Assembly (NCBI GenBank): GCA_040954595.2
Contig: CM082593.2
Location: 4,543,434-4,607,433, forward strand
Length of the DNA stretch: 64,000 nucleotides
Reading direction: 5' to 3'
From: Balanoglossus misakiensis
Taxonomy: Eukaryota > Animalia > Hemichordata
Shown here in pieces: positions 47,901 through 62,900 of this stretch (positions are counted from its first letter, which is position 1; each line of letters starts with the position of its first letter). The translations under genes were made by a program, and so were the position numbers. The notes beneath the pieces were generated by a model. It worked only from the letters and a program-made list of their open reading frames with translations, was not told the DNA's origin and did no database searches.

Positions 47901-50900
47901 CCAGAAATGTCAATTTTTCGACTTCGCGAATTTTCAAAATTTGGTGGTTTTTCGACAAAAACCATGGGTTATAGCCCATGAAAATCATCCAGAAATGTCA
48001 ATTTTTCGACTTCGCGAATTTTCAAAATTTGGTGGTTTTTCGACAAAAACCATGGGTTATAGCCCATGAAAATCATCCAGAAATGTCAATTTTTCGACTT
48101 CGCGAATTTTCAAAATTTGGTGGTTTTTCGACAAAAACCATGGGTTATAGCCCATGAAAATCATCAAGAAATGTCAATTTTTCGACTTTGCGAATTTTCA
48201 AAATTTGGTGGTTTTTCGACAAAAACCATGGGTTATAGCCCATGAAAATCATCCAGAAATGTCAATTTTTCGACTTCGCGAATTTTCAAAATTTGGTGGT
48301 TTTTCGACAAAAACCATGGGTTATAGCCCATGAAAATCATCAAGAAATGTCAATTTTTCGACTTTGCGAAATTTCAAAATTTGGTGATTTTTCGATAAAA
48401 ACCATGGGTTATAGCTCATGAAAATCATCCAGAAATGTCAATTTTTCGATTTCCCGAAATTTCAAAAATTTGGTGGTTTTTCGACAAAAACCATGGGTTA
48501 TGCCCATGAAAATCATCCAGAAATGTCAATTTTTCGACTTCGCGAATTTTCAAAAATTTGGTGGTTTTTCGACAAAAACCATGGGTTATAGCCCATGAAA
48601 ATCATCCAGAAATGTCAATTTTTCGACTTCGCGAATTTTCAAAATTTGGTGGTTTTTCGACAAAAACCATGGGTTATAGCCCATGAAAATCATCCAGAAA
48701 TGTCAATTTTTCGACTTCCCGGATTTTCAAAATTTGGTGGTTTTTCGACAAAAACCATGGGTTATAGCCCATGAAAATCATCCAGAAATGTCAATTTTTC
48801 GACTTCGCGAATTTTCAAAATTTGGTGGTTTTTCGACAAAAACCATGGGTTATAGCCCATGAAAATCATCCAGAAATGTCAATTTTTCGACTTCGCGAAT
48901 TTTCAAAATTTGGTGGTTTTTCGACAAAAACCATGGGTTATAGCCCATGAAAATCATCAAGACATGTCAATTTTTCGACTTTGCGAAATTTCGAAATTTG
49001 GTGATTTTTCGATAAAAATCATGGGTTATAGCTCATGAAAATCATCCAGAAATGTCAATTTTTCGACTTCGCGAATTTTCAAAATTTGGTGGTTTTTCGA
49101 CAAAAACCATTGGTTATAGCCCATGAAAATCATCAAGAAATGTAAATTTTTCGACTTTGCGAAATTTCAAAATTTGGTGATTTTTTGATAAAAACCATGG
49201 GTTATAGCTCATGAAAATCTTCCAGAAATGTCAATTTTTCGACTTCGCGAAATTTCAAAATTTGGTGATTTTTCGATAAAAACCATGGGTTATAGCCCAT
49301 GAAAATCATCCAGAAATGTCAATTTTTCGACTTCGCGAATTTTCAAAATTTGGTGGTTTTTCGACAAAAACCATGGGTTATAGCCCATGAAAATCATCCA
49401 GAAATGTCAATTTTTCGACTTCGCGAATTTTCAAAATTTGGTGGTTTTTCGACAAAAACCATGGGTTATAGCCCATGAAAATCATCCAGAAATGTCAATT
49501 TTTCGACTTCGCGAATTTTCAAAATTTGATGGTTTTTCGACAAAAACCATGGGTTATAGCCCATGAAAATCATCAAGAAATGTCAATTTTTCGACTTTGC
49601 GAAATTTCAAAATTTGGTGATTTTTCGATAAAAACCATGGGTTATAGCTCATGAAAATCATCCAGAAATGTCAATTTTTCGACTTCGCGAAATTTCAAAA
49701 TTTGGTGATTTTTCGAAAAAAACCATGGGTTATAGCTCATGAAAATCATCCAGAAATGTCAATTTTTCGACTTCGCGAATTTTCAAAATTTGGTGGTTTT
49801 TCGACAAAAACCATGGGTTATAGCCCATGAAAATCATCCAGAAATGTCAATTTTTCGACTTCGCGAATTTTCAAAATTTGGTGGTTTTTCGACAAAAACC
49901 ATGGGTTATAGCCCATGAAAATCATCCAGAAATGTCATTTTTTCGACTTCGCGAATTTTCAAAATTTGGTGGTTTTTCGACAAAAACCATGGGTTATAGC
50001 CCATGAAAATCATCAAGAAATGTCAATTTTTCGACTTTGCGAAATTTCAAAATTTGGTGATTTTTCGATAAAAACCATGGGTTATAGCTCATGAAAATCA
50101 TCCAGAAATGTCAATTTTTCGACTTCGCGAAATTTCAAAATTTGGTGATTTTTCGATAAAAACCATGGGTTATAGCTCATGAAAATCATCCAGAAATGTC
50201 AATTTTTCGACTTCGCGAAATTTCAAAATTTGGTGATTTTTCGATAAAAACCATGGGTTATAGCTCATGAAAATCATCCAGAAATGTCAATTTTTCGACT
50301 TCGCGAAATTTCAAAATTTGGTGATTTTTCGATAAAAACCATGGGTTATAGCTCATGAAAATCATCCAGAAATGTCAATTTTTCGACTTCGCGAAATTTC
50401 AAAATTTGGTGATTTTTCGATAAAAACCATGGGTTATAGCCCATGAAAATCATCCAGAAATGTCAATTTTTCGACTTCGCGAAATTTCAAAATTTGGTGA
50501 TTTTTCGATAAAAACCATGGGTTATAGCCCATGAAAATCATCCAGAAATGTCAATTTTTCGACTTCGCGAATTTTCAAAATTTAGTGGTTTTTCGACAAA
50601 AACCATGGGTTATAGCCCATGAAAATCATCCAGAAATGTCAATTTTTCGACTTCGCGAATTTTCAAAATTTGGTGGTTTTTCGACAAAAACCATGGGTTA
50701 TAGCCCATGAAAATCATCCAGAAATGTCAATTTTTCGACTTCGCGAATTTTCAAAATTTGGTGGTTTTTCGACAAAAACCATGGGTTATAGCCCATGAAA
50801 ATCATCCAGAAATGTCAATTTTTCGACTTCGCGAATTTTCAAAATTTGGTGGTTTTTCGACAAAAACCATGGGTTATAGCCCATGAAAATCATCCAGAAA

Positions 50901-53900
50901 TGTCAATTTTTCGACTTCGCGAATTTTCAAAATTTGGTGGTTTTTCGACAAAAACCATGGGTTATAGCCCATGAAAATCATCAAGACATGTCAATTTTTC
51001 GACTTTGCGAAATTTCGAAATTTGGTGATTTTTCGATAAAAATCATGGGTTATAGCTCATGAAAATCATCCAGAAATGTCAATTTTTCGACTTCGCGAAT
51101 TTTCAAAATTTGGTGGTTTTTCGACAAAAACCATGGGTTATAGCCCATGAAAATCATCAAGAAATGTCAATTTTTCGACTTTGCGAAATTTCAAAATTTG
51201 GTGATTTTTCGATAAAAACCATGGGTTATAGCTCATGAAAATCTTCCAGAAATGTCAATTTTTCGACTTCGCGAAATTTCAAAATTTGGTGATTTTTCGA
51301 TAAAAACCATGGGTTAAAGCCCATGAAAATCATCCAGAAATGTCAATTTTTCGACTTCGCGAATTTTCAAAATTTGGTGGTTTTTCGACAAAAACCATGG
51401 GTTATAGCCCATGAAAATCATCCAGAAATGTCAATTTTTCGACTTCCCGGATTTTCAAAATTTGGTGGTTTTTCGACAAAAACCATGGGTTATAGCCCAT
51501 GAAAATCATCCAGAAATGTCAATTTTTCGACTTCGCGAATTTTCAAAATTTGGTGGTTTTTCGACAAAAACCATGGGTTATAGCCCATGAAAATCATCCA
51601 GAAATGTCAATTTTTCGACTTCGCGAATTTTCAAAATTTGGTGGTTTTTCGACAAAAACCATGGGTTATAGCCCATGAAAATCATCCAGAAATGTCAATT
51701 TTTCGACTTCGCGAATTTTCAAAATTTGGTGGTTTTTCGACAAAAACCATGGGTTATAGCCCATGAAAATCATCCAGAAATGTCAATTTTTCGACTTCCC
51801 GGATTTTCAGAATTTGGTGGTTTTTCGACAAAAACCATGGGTTATAGCCCATGAAAATCATCCAGAAATGTCAATTTTTCGACTTCGCGAATTTTCAAAA
51901 TTTGGTGGTTTTTCGACAAAAACCATGGGTTATAGCCCATGAAAATCATCCAGAAATGTCAATTTTTCGACTTCGCGAATTTTCAAAATTTGGTGGTTTT
52001 TCGACAAAAACCATGGGTTATAGCCCATGAAAATCATCCAGAAATGTCAATTTTTCGACTTCGCGAATTTTCAAAATTTGGTGGTTTTTCGACAAAAACC
52101 ATGGGTTATAGCCCATGAAAATCATCAAGAAATGTCAATTTTTCGACTTTGCGAAATTTCAAAATTTGGTGATTTTTCGATAAAAACCATGGGTTATAGC
52201 TCATGAAAATCATCCAGAAATGTCAATTTTTCGACTTCGCGAATTTTCAAAATTTGGTGGTTTTTCGACAAAAACCATGGGTTATAGCCCATGAAAATCA
52301 TCCAGAAATGTCAATTTTTCGACTTCGCGAATTTTCAAAATTTGGTGGTTTTTCGACAAAAACCATGGGTTATAGCCCATGAAAATCATCCAGAAATGTC
52401 AATTTTTCGACTTCCCGGATTTTCAAAATTTGGTGGTTTTTCGACAAAAACCATGGGTTATAGCCCATGAAAATCATCCAGAAATGTCAATTTTTCGACT
52501 TCGCGAATTTTCAAAATTTGGTGGTTTTTCGACAAAAACCATGGGTTATAGCCCATGAAAATCATCCAGAAATGTCAATTTTTCGACTTCGCGAATTTTC
52601 AAAATTTGGTGGTTTTTCGACAAAAACCATGGGTTATAGCCCATGAAAATCATCCAGAAATGTCAATTTTTCGACTTCGCGAATTTTCAAAATTTGGTGG
52701 TTTTTCGATAAAAACCATGGGTTATAGCTCATGAAAATCATCCAGAAATGTCAATTTTTCGACTTCGCGAAATTTCAAAATTTGGTGGTTTTTCGACAAA
52801 AACCATGGGTTATAGCCCATGAAAATCATCAAGAAATGTCAATTTTTCGACTTTGCGAAATTTCAAAATTTGGTGATTTTTCGATAAAAACCATGGGTTA
52901 TAGCTCATGAAAATCTTCCAGAAATGTCAATTTTTCGACTTCGCGAAATTTCAAAATTTGGTGATTTTTCGATAAAAACCATGGGTTAAAGCCCATGAAA
53001 ATCATCCAGAAATGTCAATTTTTCGACTTCGCGAATTTTCAAAATTTGGTGGTTTTTCGACAAAAACCATGGGTTATAGCCCATGAAAATCATCCAGAAA
53101 TGTCAATTTTTCGACTTCCCGGATTTTCAAAATTTGGTGGTTTTTCGACAAAAACCATGGGTTATAGCCCATGAAAATCATCCAGAAATGTCAATTTTTC
53201 GACTTCGCGAATTTTCAAAATTTGGTGGTTTTTCGACAAAAACCATGGGTTATAGCCCATGAAAATCATCCAGAAATGTCAATTTTTCGACTTCGCGAAT
53301 TTTCAAAATTTGTTGGTTTTTCGACAAAAACCATGGGTTATAGCCCATGAAAATCATCAAGAAATGTCAATTTTTCGACTTTGCGAAATTTCAAAATTTG
53401 GTGATTTTTCGATAAAAACCATGGGTTATAGCTCATGAAAATCATCCAGAAATGTCAATTTTTCGACTTCGCGAAATTTCAAAATTTGGTGATTTTTCGA
53501 TAAAAACCATGGGTTATAGCTCATGAAAATCATCCAGAAATGTCAATTTTTCGACTTCGCGAAATTTCAAAATTTGGTGATTTTTCGATAAAAACCATGG
53601 GTTATAGCTTATGAAAATCATCCAGAAATGTCAATTTTTCGACTTCGCGAAATTTCAAAATTTGGTGATTTTTCGATAAAAACCATGGGTTATAGCTCAT
53701 GAAAATCATCCAGAAATGTCAATTTTTCGACTTCGCGAAATTTCAAAATTTGGTGATTTTTCGATAAAAACCATGGGTTATAGCTCATGAAAATCATCCA
53801 GAAATGTCAATTTTTCGACTTCGCGAATTTTCAAAATTTGGTGGTTTTTCGACAAAAACCATGGGTTATAGCCCATGAAAATCATCAAGACATGTCAATT

Positions 53901-56900
53901 TTTCGACTTTGCGAATTTTCGAAATTTGGTGATTTTTCGATAAAAATCATGGGTTATAGCTCATGAAAATCATCCAGAAATGTCAATTTTTCGACTTCGC
54001 GAATTTTCAAAATTTGGTGGTTTTTCGACAAAAACCATGGGTTATAGCCCATGAAAATCATCAAGAAATGTCAATTTTTCGACTTTGCGAAATTTCAAAA
54101 TTTGGTGATTTTTCGATAAAAACCATGGGTTATAGCTCATGAAAATCTTCCAGAAATGTCAATTTTTCGACTTCGCGAAATTTCAAAATTTGGTGATTTT
54201 TCGATAAAAACCATGGGTTAAAGCCCATGAAAATCATCCAGAAATGTCAATTTTTCGACTTCGCGAATTTTCAAAATTTGGTGGTTTTTCGACAAAAACC
54301 ATGGGTTATAGCCCATGAAAATCATCCAGAAATGTCAATTTTTCGACTTCCCGGATTTTCAAAATTTGGTGGTTTTTCGACAAAAACCATGGGTTATAGC
54401 CCATGAAAATCATCCAGAAATGTCAATTTTTCGACTTCGCGAATTTTCAAAATTTGGTGGTTTTTCGACAAAAACCATGGGTTATAGCCCATGAAAATCA
54501 TCCAGAAATGTCAATTTTTCGACTTCGCGAATTTTCAAAATTTGGTGGTTTTTCGACAAAAACCATGGGTTATAGCCCATGAAAATCATCCAGAAATGTC
54601 AATTTTTCGACTTCGCGAATTTTCAAAATTTGGTGGTTTTTCGACAAAAACCATGGGTTATAGCCCATGAAAATCATCCAGAAATGTCAATTTTTCGACT
54701 TCGCGAATTTTCAAAATTTGGTGGTTTTTCGACAAAAACCATGGGTTATAGCCCATGAAAATAATCCAGAAATGTCAATTTTTCGACTTCCCGGATTTTC
54801 AGAATTTGGTGGTTTTTCGACAAAAACCATGGGTTATAGCCCATGAAAATCATCCAGAAATGTCAATTTTTCGACTTCGCGAATTTTCAAAATTTGGTGG
54901 TTTTTCGACAAAAACCATGGGTTATAGCCCATGAAAATCATCCAGAAATGTCAATTTTTCGACTTCGCGAATTTTCAAAATTTGGTGGTTTTTCGACAAA
55001 AACCATGGGTTATAGCCCATGAAAATCATCCAGAAATGTCAATTTTTCGACTTCGCGAATTTTCAAAATTTGGTGGTTTTTCGATAAAAACCATGGGTTA
55101 TAGCTCATGAAAATCATCCAGAAATGTCAATTTTTCGACTTCGCGAAATTTCAAAATTTGGTGATTTTTCGATAAAAACCATGGGTTATAGCTCATGAAA
55201 ATCATCCAGAAATGTCAATTTTTCGACTTCGCGAAATTTCAAAATTTGGTGATTTTTCGATAAAAACCATGGGTTATAGCCCATGAAAATCATCCAGAAA
55301 TGTGAATTTTTCGACTTCGCGAATTTTCAAAATTTGGTGATTTTTCGATAAAAACCATGGGTTATAGCCCATGAAAATCATCCAGAAATGTCAATTTTTC
55401 AACTTCGCGAATTTTCAAAATTTGGTGGTTTTTCGACAAAAACCATGGGTTATAGCCCATGAAAATCATCCAGAAATGTCAATTTTTCGACCTCCCGAAT
55501 TTTCAAAATTTGGTGGTTTTTCGACAAAAACCATGGGTTATAGCCCATGAAAATCATCCAGAAATGTCAATTTTTCGACTTCCCGGATTTTCAAAATTTG
55601 GTGGTTTTTCGACAAAAACCATGGGTTATAGCCCATGAAAATCATCCAGAAATGTCAATTTTTCGACTTCCCGGATTTTCAAAATTTGGTGGTTTTTCGA
55701 CAAAAACCATGGGTTATAGCCCATGAAAATCATCCAGAAATGTCAATTTTTCGACTTCGCGAATTTTCAAAATTTGGTGGTTTTTCGACAAAAACCATGG
55801 GTTATAGCCCATGAAAATCATCCAGAAATGTCAATTTTTCGACTTCGCGAATTTTCAAAATTTTGTGGTTTTTCGACAAAAACCATGGGTTATAGCCCAT
55901 GAAAATCATCCAGAAATGTCAATTTTTCGACTTCGCGAATTTTCAAAATTTGGTGATTTTTCGATAAAAACCATGGGTTATAGCTCATGAAAATCATCCA
56001 GAAATGTCAATTTTTTGACTTCGCGAAATTTCCAAATTTGGTGATTTTTCGATAAAAACCATGGGTTATAGCCCATGAAAATCATCCAGAAATGTCAATT
56101 TTTCGACTTCGCGAATTTTCAAAATTTGGTGGTTTTTCGATAAAAACCATGGGTTATAGCTCATGAAAATCATCCAGAAATGTCAATTTTTCGACTTCGC
56201 GAAATTTCAAAATTTGGTGATTTTTCGATAAAAACCATGGGTTATAGCTCATGAAAATCATCCAGAAATGTCAATTTTTCGACTTCGCGAAATTTCAAAA
56301 TTTGGTGATTTTTCGATAAAAACCATGGGTTATAGCTCATGAAAATCATCCAGAAATGTCAATTTTTCGACTTCGCGAAATTTCAAAATTTGGTGATTTT
56401 TCGATAAAAACCATGGGTTATAGCTCATGAAAATCATCCAGAAATGTCAATTTTTCGACTTCGCGAAATTTCAAAATTTGGTGATTTTTCGATAAAAACC
56501 ATGGGTTATAGCTCATGAAAATCATCCAGAAATGTCAATTTTTCGACTTCGCGAAATTTCAAAATTTGGTGATTTTTCGATAAAAACCATGGGTTATAGC
56601 CCATGAAAATCATCCAGAAATGTGAATTTTTCGACTTCGCGAATTTTCAAAATTTGGTGATTTTTCGATAAAAACCATGGGTTATAGCCCATGAAAATCA
56701 TCCAGAAATGTCAATTTTTCGACTTCGCGAATTTTCAAAATTTGGTGGTTTTTCGACAAAAACCATGGGTTATAGCCCATGAAAATCATCCAGAAATGTC
56801 AATTTTTCGACCTCCCGAATTTTCAAAATTTGGTGGTTTTTCGACAAAAACCATGGGTTATAGCCCATGAAAATCATCCAGAAATGTCAATTTTTCGACT

Positions 56901-59900
56901 TCCCGGATTTTCAAAATTTGGTGGTTTTTCGACAAAAACCATGGGTTATAGCCCATGAAAATCATCCAGAAATGTCAATTTTTCGACTTCCCGGATTTTC
57001 AAAATTTGGTGGTTTTTCGACAAAAACCATGGGTTATAGCCCATGAAAATCATCCAGAAATGTCAATTTTTCGACTTCGCGAATTTTCAAAATTTGGTGG
57101 TTTTTCGACAAAAACCATGGGTTATAGCCCATGAAAATCATCCAGAAATGTCAATTTTTCGACTTCGCGAATTTTCAAAATTTGGTGATTTTTCGATAAA
57201 AACCATGGGTTATAGCTCATGAAAATCATCCAGAAATGTCAATTTTTCGACTTCGCGAAATTTCCAAATTTGGTGATTTTTCGATAAAAACCATGGGTTA
57301 TAGCCCATGAAAATCATCCAGAAATGTCAATTTTTCGACTTCGCGAATTTTCAAAATTTGGTGGTTTTTCGATAAAAACCATGGGTTATAGCTCATGAAA
57401 ATCATCCAGAAATGTCAATTTTTCGACTTCGCGAAATTTCAAAATTTGGTGATTTTTCGATAAAAACCATGGGTTATAGCTCATGAAAATCATCCAGAAA
57501 TGTCAATTTTTCGACTTCGCGAAATTTCAAAATTTGGTGATTTTTCGATAAAAACCATGGGTTATAGCCCATGAAAATCATCCAGAAATGTCAATTTTTC
57601 GACTTCGCGAAATTTCAAAATTTGGTGATTTTTCGATAAAAACCATGGGTTATAGCTCATGAAAATCATCCAGAAATGTCAATTTTTCGACTTCGCGAAA
57701 TTTCAAAATTTGGTGATTTTTCGATAAAAACCATGGGTTATAGCCCATGAAAATCATCCAGAAATGTGAATTTTTCGACTTCGCGAATTTTCAAAATTTG
57801 GTGATTTTTCGATAAAAACCATGGGTTATAGCCCATGAAAATCATCCAGAAATGTCAATTTTTCGACTTCGCGAATTTTCAAAATTTGGTGGTTTTTCGA
57901 CAAAAACCATGGGTTATAGCCCATGAAAATCATCCAGAAATGTCAATTTTTCGACCTCCCGAATTTTCAAAATTTGGTGGTTTTTCGACAAAAACCATGG
58001 GTTATAGCCCATGAAAATCATCCAGAAATGTCAATTTTTCGACTTCCCGGATTTTCAAAATTTGGTGGTTTTTCGACAAAAACCATGGGTTATAGCCCAT
58101 GAAAATCATCCAGAAATGTCAATTTTTCGACTTCCCGGATTTTCAAAATTTGGTGGTTTTTCGACAAAAACCATGGGTTATAGCCCATGAAAATCATCCA
58201 GAAATGTCAATTTTTCGACTTCGCGAATTTTCAAAATTTTGTGGTTTTTCGACAAAAACCATGGGTTATAGCCCATGAAAATCATCCAGAAATGTCAATT
58301 TTTCGACTTCGCGAATTTTCAAAATTTGGTGATTTTTCGATAAAAACCATGGGTTATAGCTCATGAAAATCATCCAGAAATGTCAATTTTTCGACTTCGC
58401 GAAATTTCCAAATTTGGTGATTTTTCGATAAAAACCATGGGTTATAGCCCATGAAAATCATCCAGAAATGTCAATTTTTCGACTTCGCGAATTTTCAAAA
58501 TTTGGTGGTTTTTCGATAAAAACCATGGGTTATAGCTCATGAAAATCATCCAGAAATGTCAATTTTTCGACTTCGCGAAATTTCAAAATTTGGTGATTTT
58601 TCGATAAAAACCATGGGTTATAGCTCATGAAAATCATCCAGAAATGTCAATTTTTCGACTTCGCGAAATTTCAAAATTTGGTGATTTTTCGATAAAAACC
58701 ATGGGTTATAGCCCATGAAAATCATCCAGAAATGTCAATTTTTCGACTTCGCGAAATTTCAAAATTTGGTGATTTTTTGATAAAAACCATGGGTTATAGC
58801 TCATGAAAATCATCCAGAAATGTCAATTTTTCGACTTCGCGAAATTTCAAAATTTGGTGATTTTTCGATAAAAACCATGGGTTATAGCCCATGAAAATCA
58901 TCCAGAAATGTCAATTTTTCGACTTCGCGAATTTTCAATATTTGGTGGTTTTTCGACAAAAACCATGGGTTATAGCCCATGAAAATCATCCAGAAATGTC
59001 AATTTTTCGACTTCGCGAATTTTCAAAATTTGGTGGTTTTTCGACAAAAACCATGGGTTATAGCCCATGAAAATCATCCAGAAATGTCAATTTTTCGACT
59101 TCGCGAATTTTCAAAATTTGGTGGTTTTTCGACAAAAACCATGGGTTATAGCCCATGAAAATCATCCAGAAATGTCAATTTTTCGACTTCGCGAATTTTC
59201 AAAATTTGGTGGTTTTTCGATAAAAACCATGGGTTATAGCTCATGAAAATCATCCAGAAATGTCAATTTTTCGACTTCGCGAAATTTCAAAATTTGGTGA
59301 TTTTTCGATAAAAACCATGGGTTATAGCTCATGAAAATCATCCAGAAATGTCAATTTTTCGACTTCGCGAAATTTCAAAATTTGGTGATTTTTCGATAAA
59401 AACCATGGGTTATAGCCCATGAAAATCATCCAGAAATGTGAATTTTTCGACTTCGCGAATTTTCAAAATTTGGTGATTTTTCGATAAAAACCATGGGTTA
59501 TAGCCCATGAAAATCATCCAGAAATGTCAATTTTTCGACTTCGCGAATTTTCAAAATTTGGTGGTTTTTCGACAAAAACCATGGGTTATAGCCCATGAAA
59601 ATCATCCAGAAATGTCAATTTTTCGACCTCCCGAATTTTCAAAATTTGGTGGTTTTTCGACAAAAACCATGGGTTATAGCCCATGAAAATCATCCAGAAA
59701 TGTCAATTTTTCGACTTCCCGGATTTTCAAAATTTGGTGGTTTTTCGACAAAAACCATGGGTTATAGCCCATGAAAATCATCCAGAAATGTCAATTTTTC
59801 GACTTCCCGGATTTTCAAAATTTGGTGGTTTTTCGACAAAAACCATGGGTTATAGCCCATGAAAATCATCCAGAAATGTCAATTTTTCGACTTCGCGAAT

Positions 59901-62900
59901 TTTCAAAATTTGGTGATTTTTCGATAAAAACCATGGGTTATAGCTCATGAAAATCATCCAGAAATGTCAATTTTTTGACTTCGCGAAATTTCCAAATTTG
60001 GTGATTTTTCGATAAAAACCATGGGTTATAGCCCATGAAAATCATCCAGAAATGTCAATTTTTCGACTTCGCGAATTTTCAAAATTTGGTGGTTTTTCGA
60101 TAAAAACCATGGGTTATAGCTCATGAAAATCATCCAGAAATGTCAATTTTTCGACTTCGCGAAATTTCAAAATTTGGTGATTTTTCGATAAAAACCATGG
60201 GTTATAGCTCATGAAAATCATCCAGAAATGTCAATTTTTCGACTTCGCGAAATTTCAAAATTTGGTGATTTTTCGATAAAAACCATGGGTTATAGCTCAT
60301 GAAAATCATCCAGAAATGTCAATTTTTCGACTTCGCGAAATTTCAAAATTTGGTGATTTTTTGATAAAAACCATGGGTTCTATAGCTCATGAAAATCATC
60401 CAGAAATGTCAATTTTTCGACTTCGCGAAATTTCAAAATTTGGTGATTTTTCGATAAAAACCATGGGTTATAGCCCATGAAAATCATCCAGAAATGTCAA
60501 TTTTTCGACTTCGCGAATTTTCAATATTTGGTGGTTTTTCGACAAAAACCATGGGTTATAGCCCATGAAAATCATCCAGAAATGTCAATTTTTCGACTTC
60601 GCGAATTTTCAATATTTGGTGGTTTTTCGACAAAAACCATGGGTTATAGCCCATGAAAATCATCAAGAAATGTCAATTTTTCGACTTCGCGAATTTTCAA
60701 AATTTGGTGGTTTTTCGACAAAAACCATGGGTTATAGCCCATGAAAATCATCCAGAAATGTCAATTTTTCGACTTCCCGGATTTTCAAAATTTGGTGGTT
60801 TTTCGACAAAAACCATGGGTTATAGCCCATGAAAATCATCCAGAAATGTGAATTTTTCGACTTCGCGAATTTTCAAAATTTGGTGATTTTTCGATAAAAA
60901 CCATGGGTTATAGCCCATAAAAATCATCCAGAAATGTCAATTTTTCGACTTCGCGAATTTTCAAAATTTGGTGGTTTTTCGACAAAAACCATGGGTTATA
61001 GCCCATGAAAATCATCCAGAAATGTCAATTTTTCGACCTCCCGAATTTTCAAAATTTGGTGGTTTTTCGACAAAAACCATGGGTTATAGCCCATGAAAAT
61101 CATCCAGAAATGTCAATTTTTCGACTTCCCGGATTTTCAAAATTTGGTGGTTTTTCGACAAAAACCATGGGTTATAGCCCATGAAAATCATCCAGAAATG
61201 TCAATTTTTCGACTTCCCGGATTTTCAAAATTTGGTGGTTTTTCGACAAAAACCATGGGTTATAGCCCATGAAAATCATCCAGAAATGTCAATTTTTCGA
61301 CTTCGCGAATTTTCAAAATTTGGTGGTTTTTCGACAAAAACCATGGGTTATAGCCCATGAAAATCATCCAGAAATGTCAATTTTTCGACTTCGCGAATTT
61401 TCAAAATTTTGTGGTTTTTCGACAAAAACCATGGGTTATAGCCCATGAAAATCATCCAGAAATGTCAATTTTTCGACTTCGCGAATTTTCAAAATTTGGT
61501 GATTTTTCGACAAAAACCATGGGTTATAGCTCATGAAAATCATCCAGAAATGTCAATTTTTTGACTTCGCGAAATTTCCAAATTTGGTGATTTTTCGATA
61601 AAAACCATGGGTTATAGCCCATGAAAATCATCCAGAAATGTCAATTTTTCGACTTCGCGAATTTTCAAAATTTGGTGGTTTTTCGACAAAAACCATGGGT
61701 TATAGCCCATGAAAATCATCCAGAAATGTCAATTTTTCGACTTCGCGAATTTTCAAAATTTGGTGGTTTTTCGACAAAAACCATGGGTTATAGCCCATGA
61801 AAATCATCCAGAAATGTCAATTTTTCGACTTCCCGGATTTTCAAAATTTGGTGGTTTTTCGACAAAAACCATGGGTTATAGCCCATGAAAATCATCCAGA
61901 AATGTGAATTTTTCGACTTCGCGAATTTTCAAAATTTGGTGATTTTTCGACAAAAACCATGGGTTATAGCCCATGAAAATCATCCAGAAATGTCAATTTT
62001 TCGACTTCGCGAATTTTCAAAATTTGGTGGTTTTTCGACAAAAACCATGGGTTATAGCCCATGAAAATCATCCAGAAATGTCAATTTTTCGACTTCGCGA
62101 ATTTTCAAAATTTGGTGGTTTTTCGACAAAAACCATGGGTTATAGCCCATGAAAATCATCCAGAAATGTCAATTTTTCGACTTCCCGGATTTTCAAAATT
62201 TGGTGGTTTTTCGACAAAAACCATGGGTTATAGCCCATGAAAATCATCCAGAAATGTCAATTTTTCGACCTCCCGGATTTTCAAAATTTGGTGGTTTTTC
62301 GACAAAAACCATGGGTTATAGCCCATGAAAATCATCCAGATATGTCAATTTTTCGACTTCGCGAATTTTCAAAATTTGGTGGTTTTTCGACAAAAACCAT
62401 GGGTTATAGCCCATGAAAATCATCCAGAAATGTCAATTTTTCGACTTCGCGAATTTTCAAAATTTGGTGGTTTTTCGACAAAAACCATGGGTTATAGCCC
62501 ATGAAAATCATCCAGAAATGTCAATTTTTCGACTTCGCGAATTTTCAAAATTTGGTGGTTTTTCGACAAAAACCATGGGTTATAGCCCATGAAAATCATC
62601 CAGAAATGTCAATTTTTCGACTTCCCGGATTTTCAAAATTTGGTGGTTTTTCGACAAAAACCATGGGTTATAGCCCATGAAAATCATCCAGAAATGTCAA
62701 TTTTTCGACTTCGCGAATTTTCAAAATTTGGTGGTTTTTCGACAAAAACCATGGGTTATAGCCCATGAAAATCATCCAGAAATGTCAATTTTTCGACTTC
62801 GCGAATTTTCAAAATTTGGTGGTTTTTCGACAAAAACCATGGGTTATAGCCCATGAAAATCATCCAGAAATGTCAATTTTTCGACTTCGCGAATTTTCAA

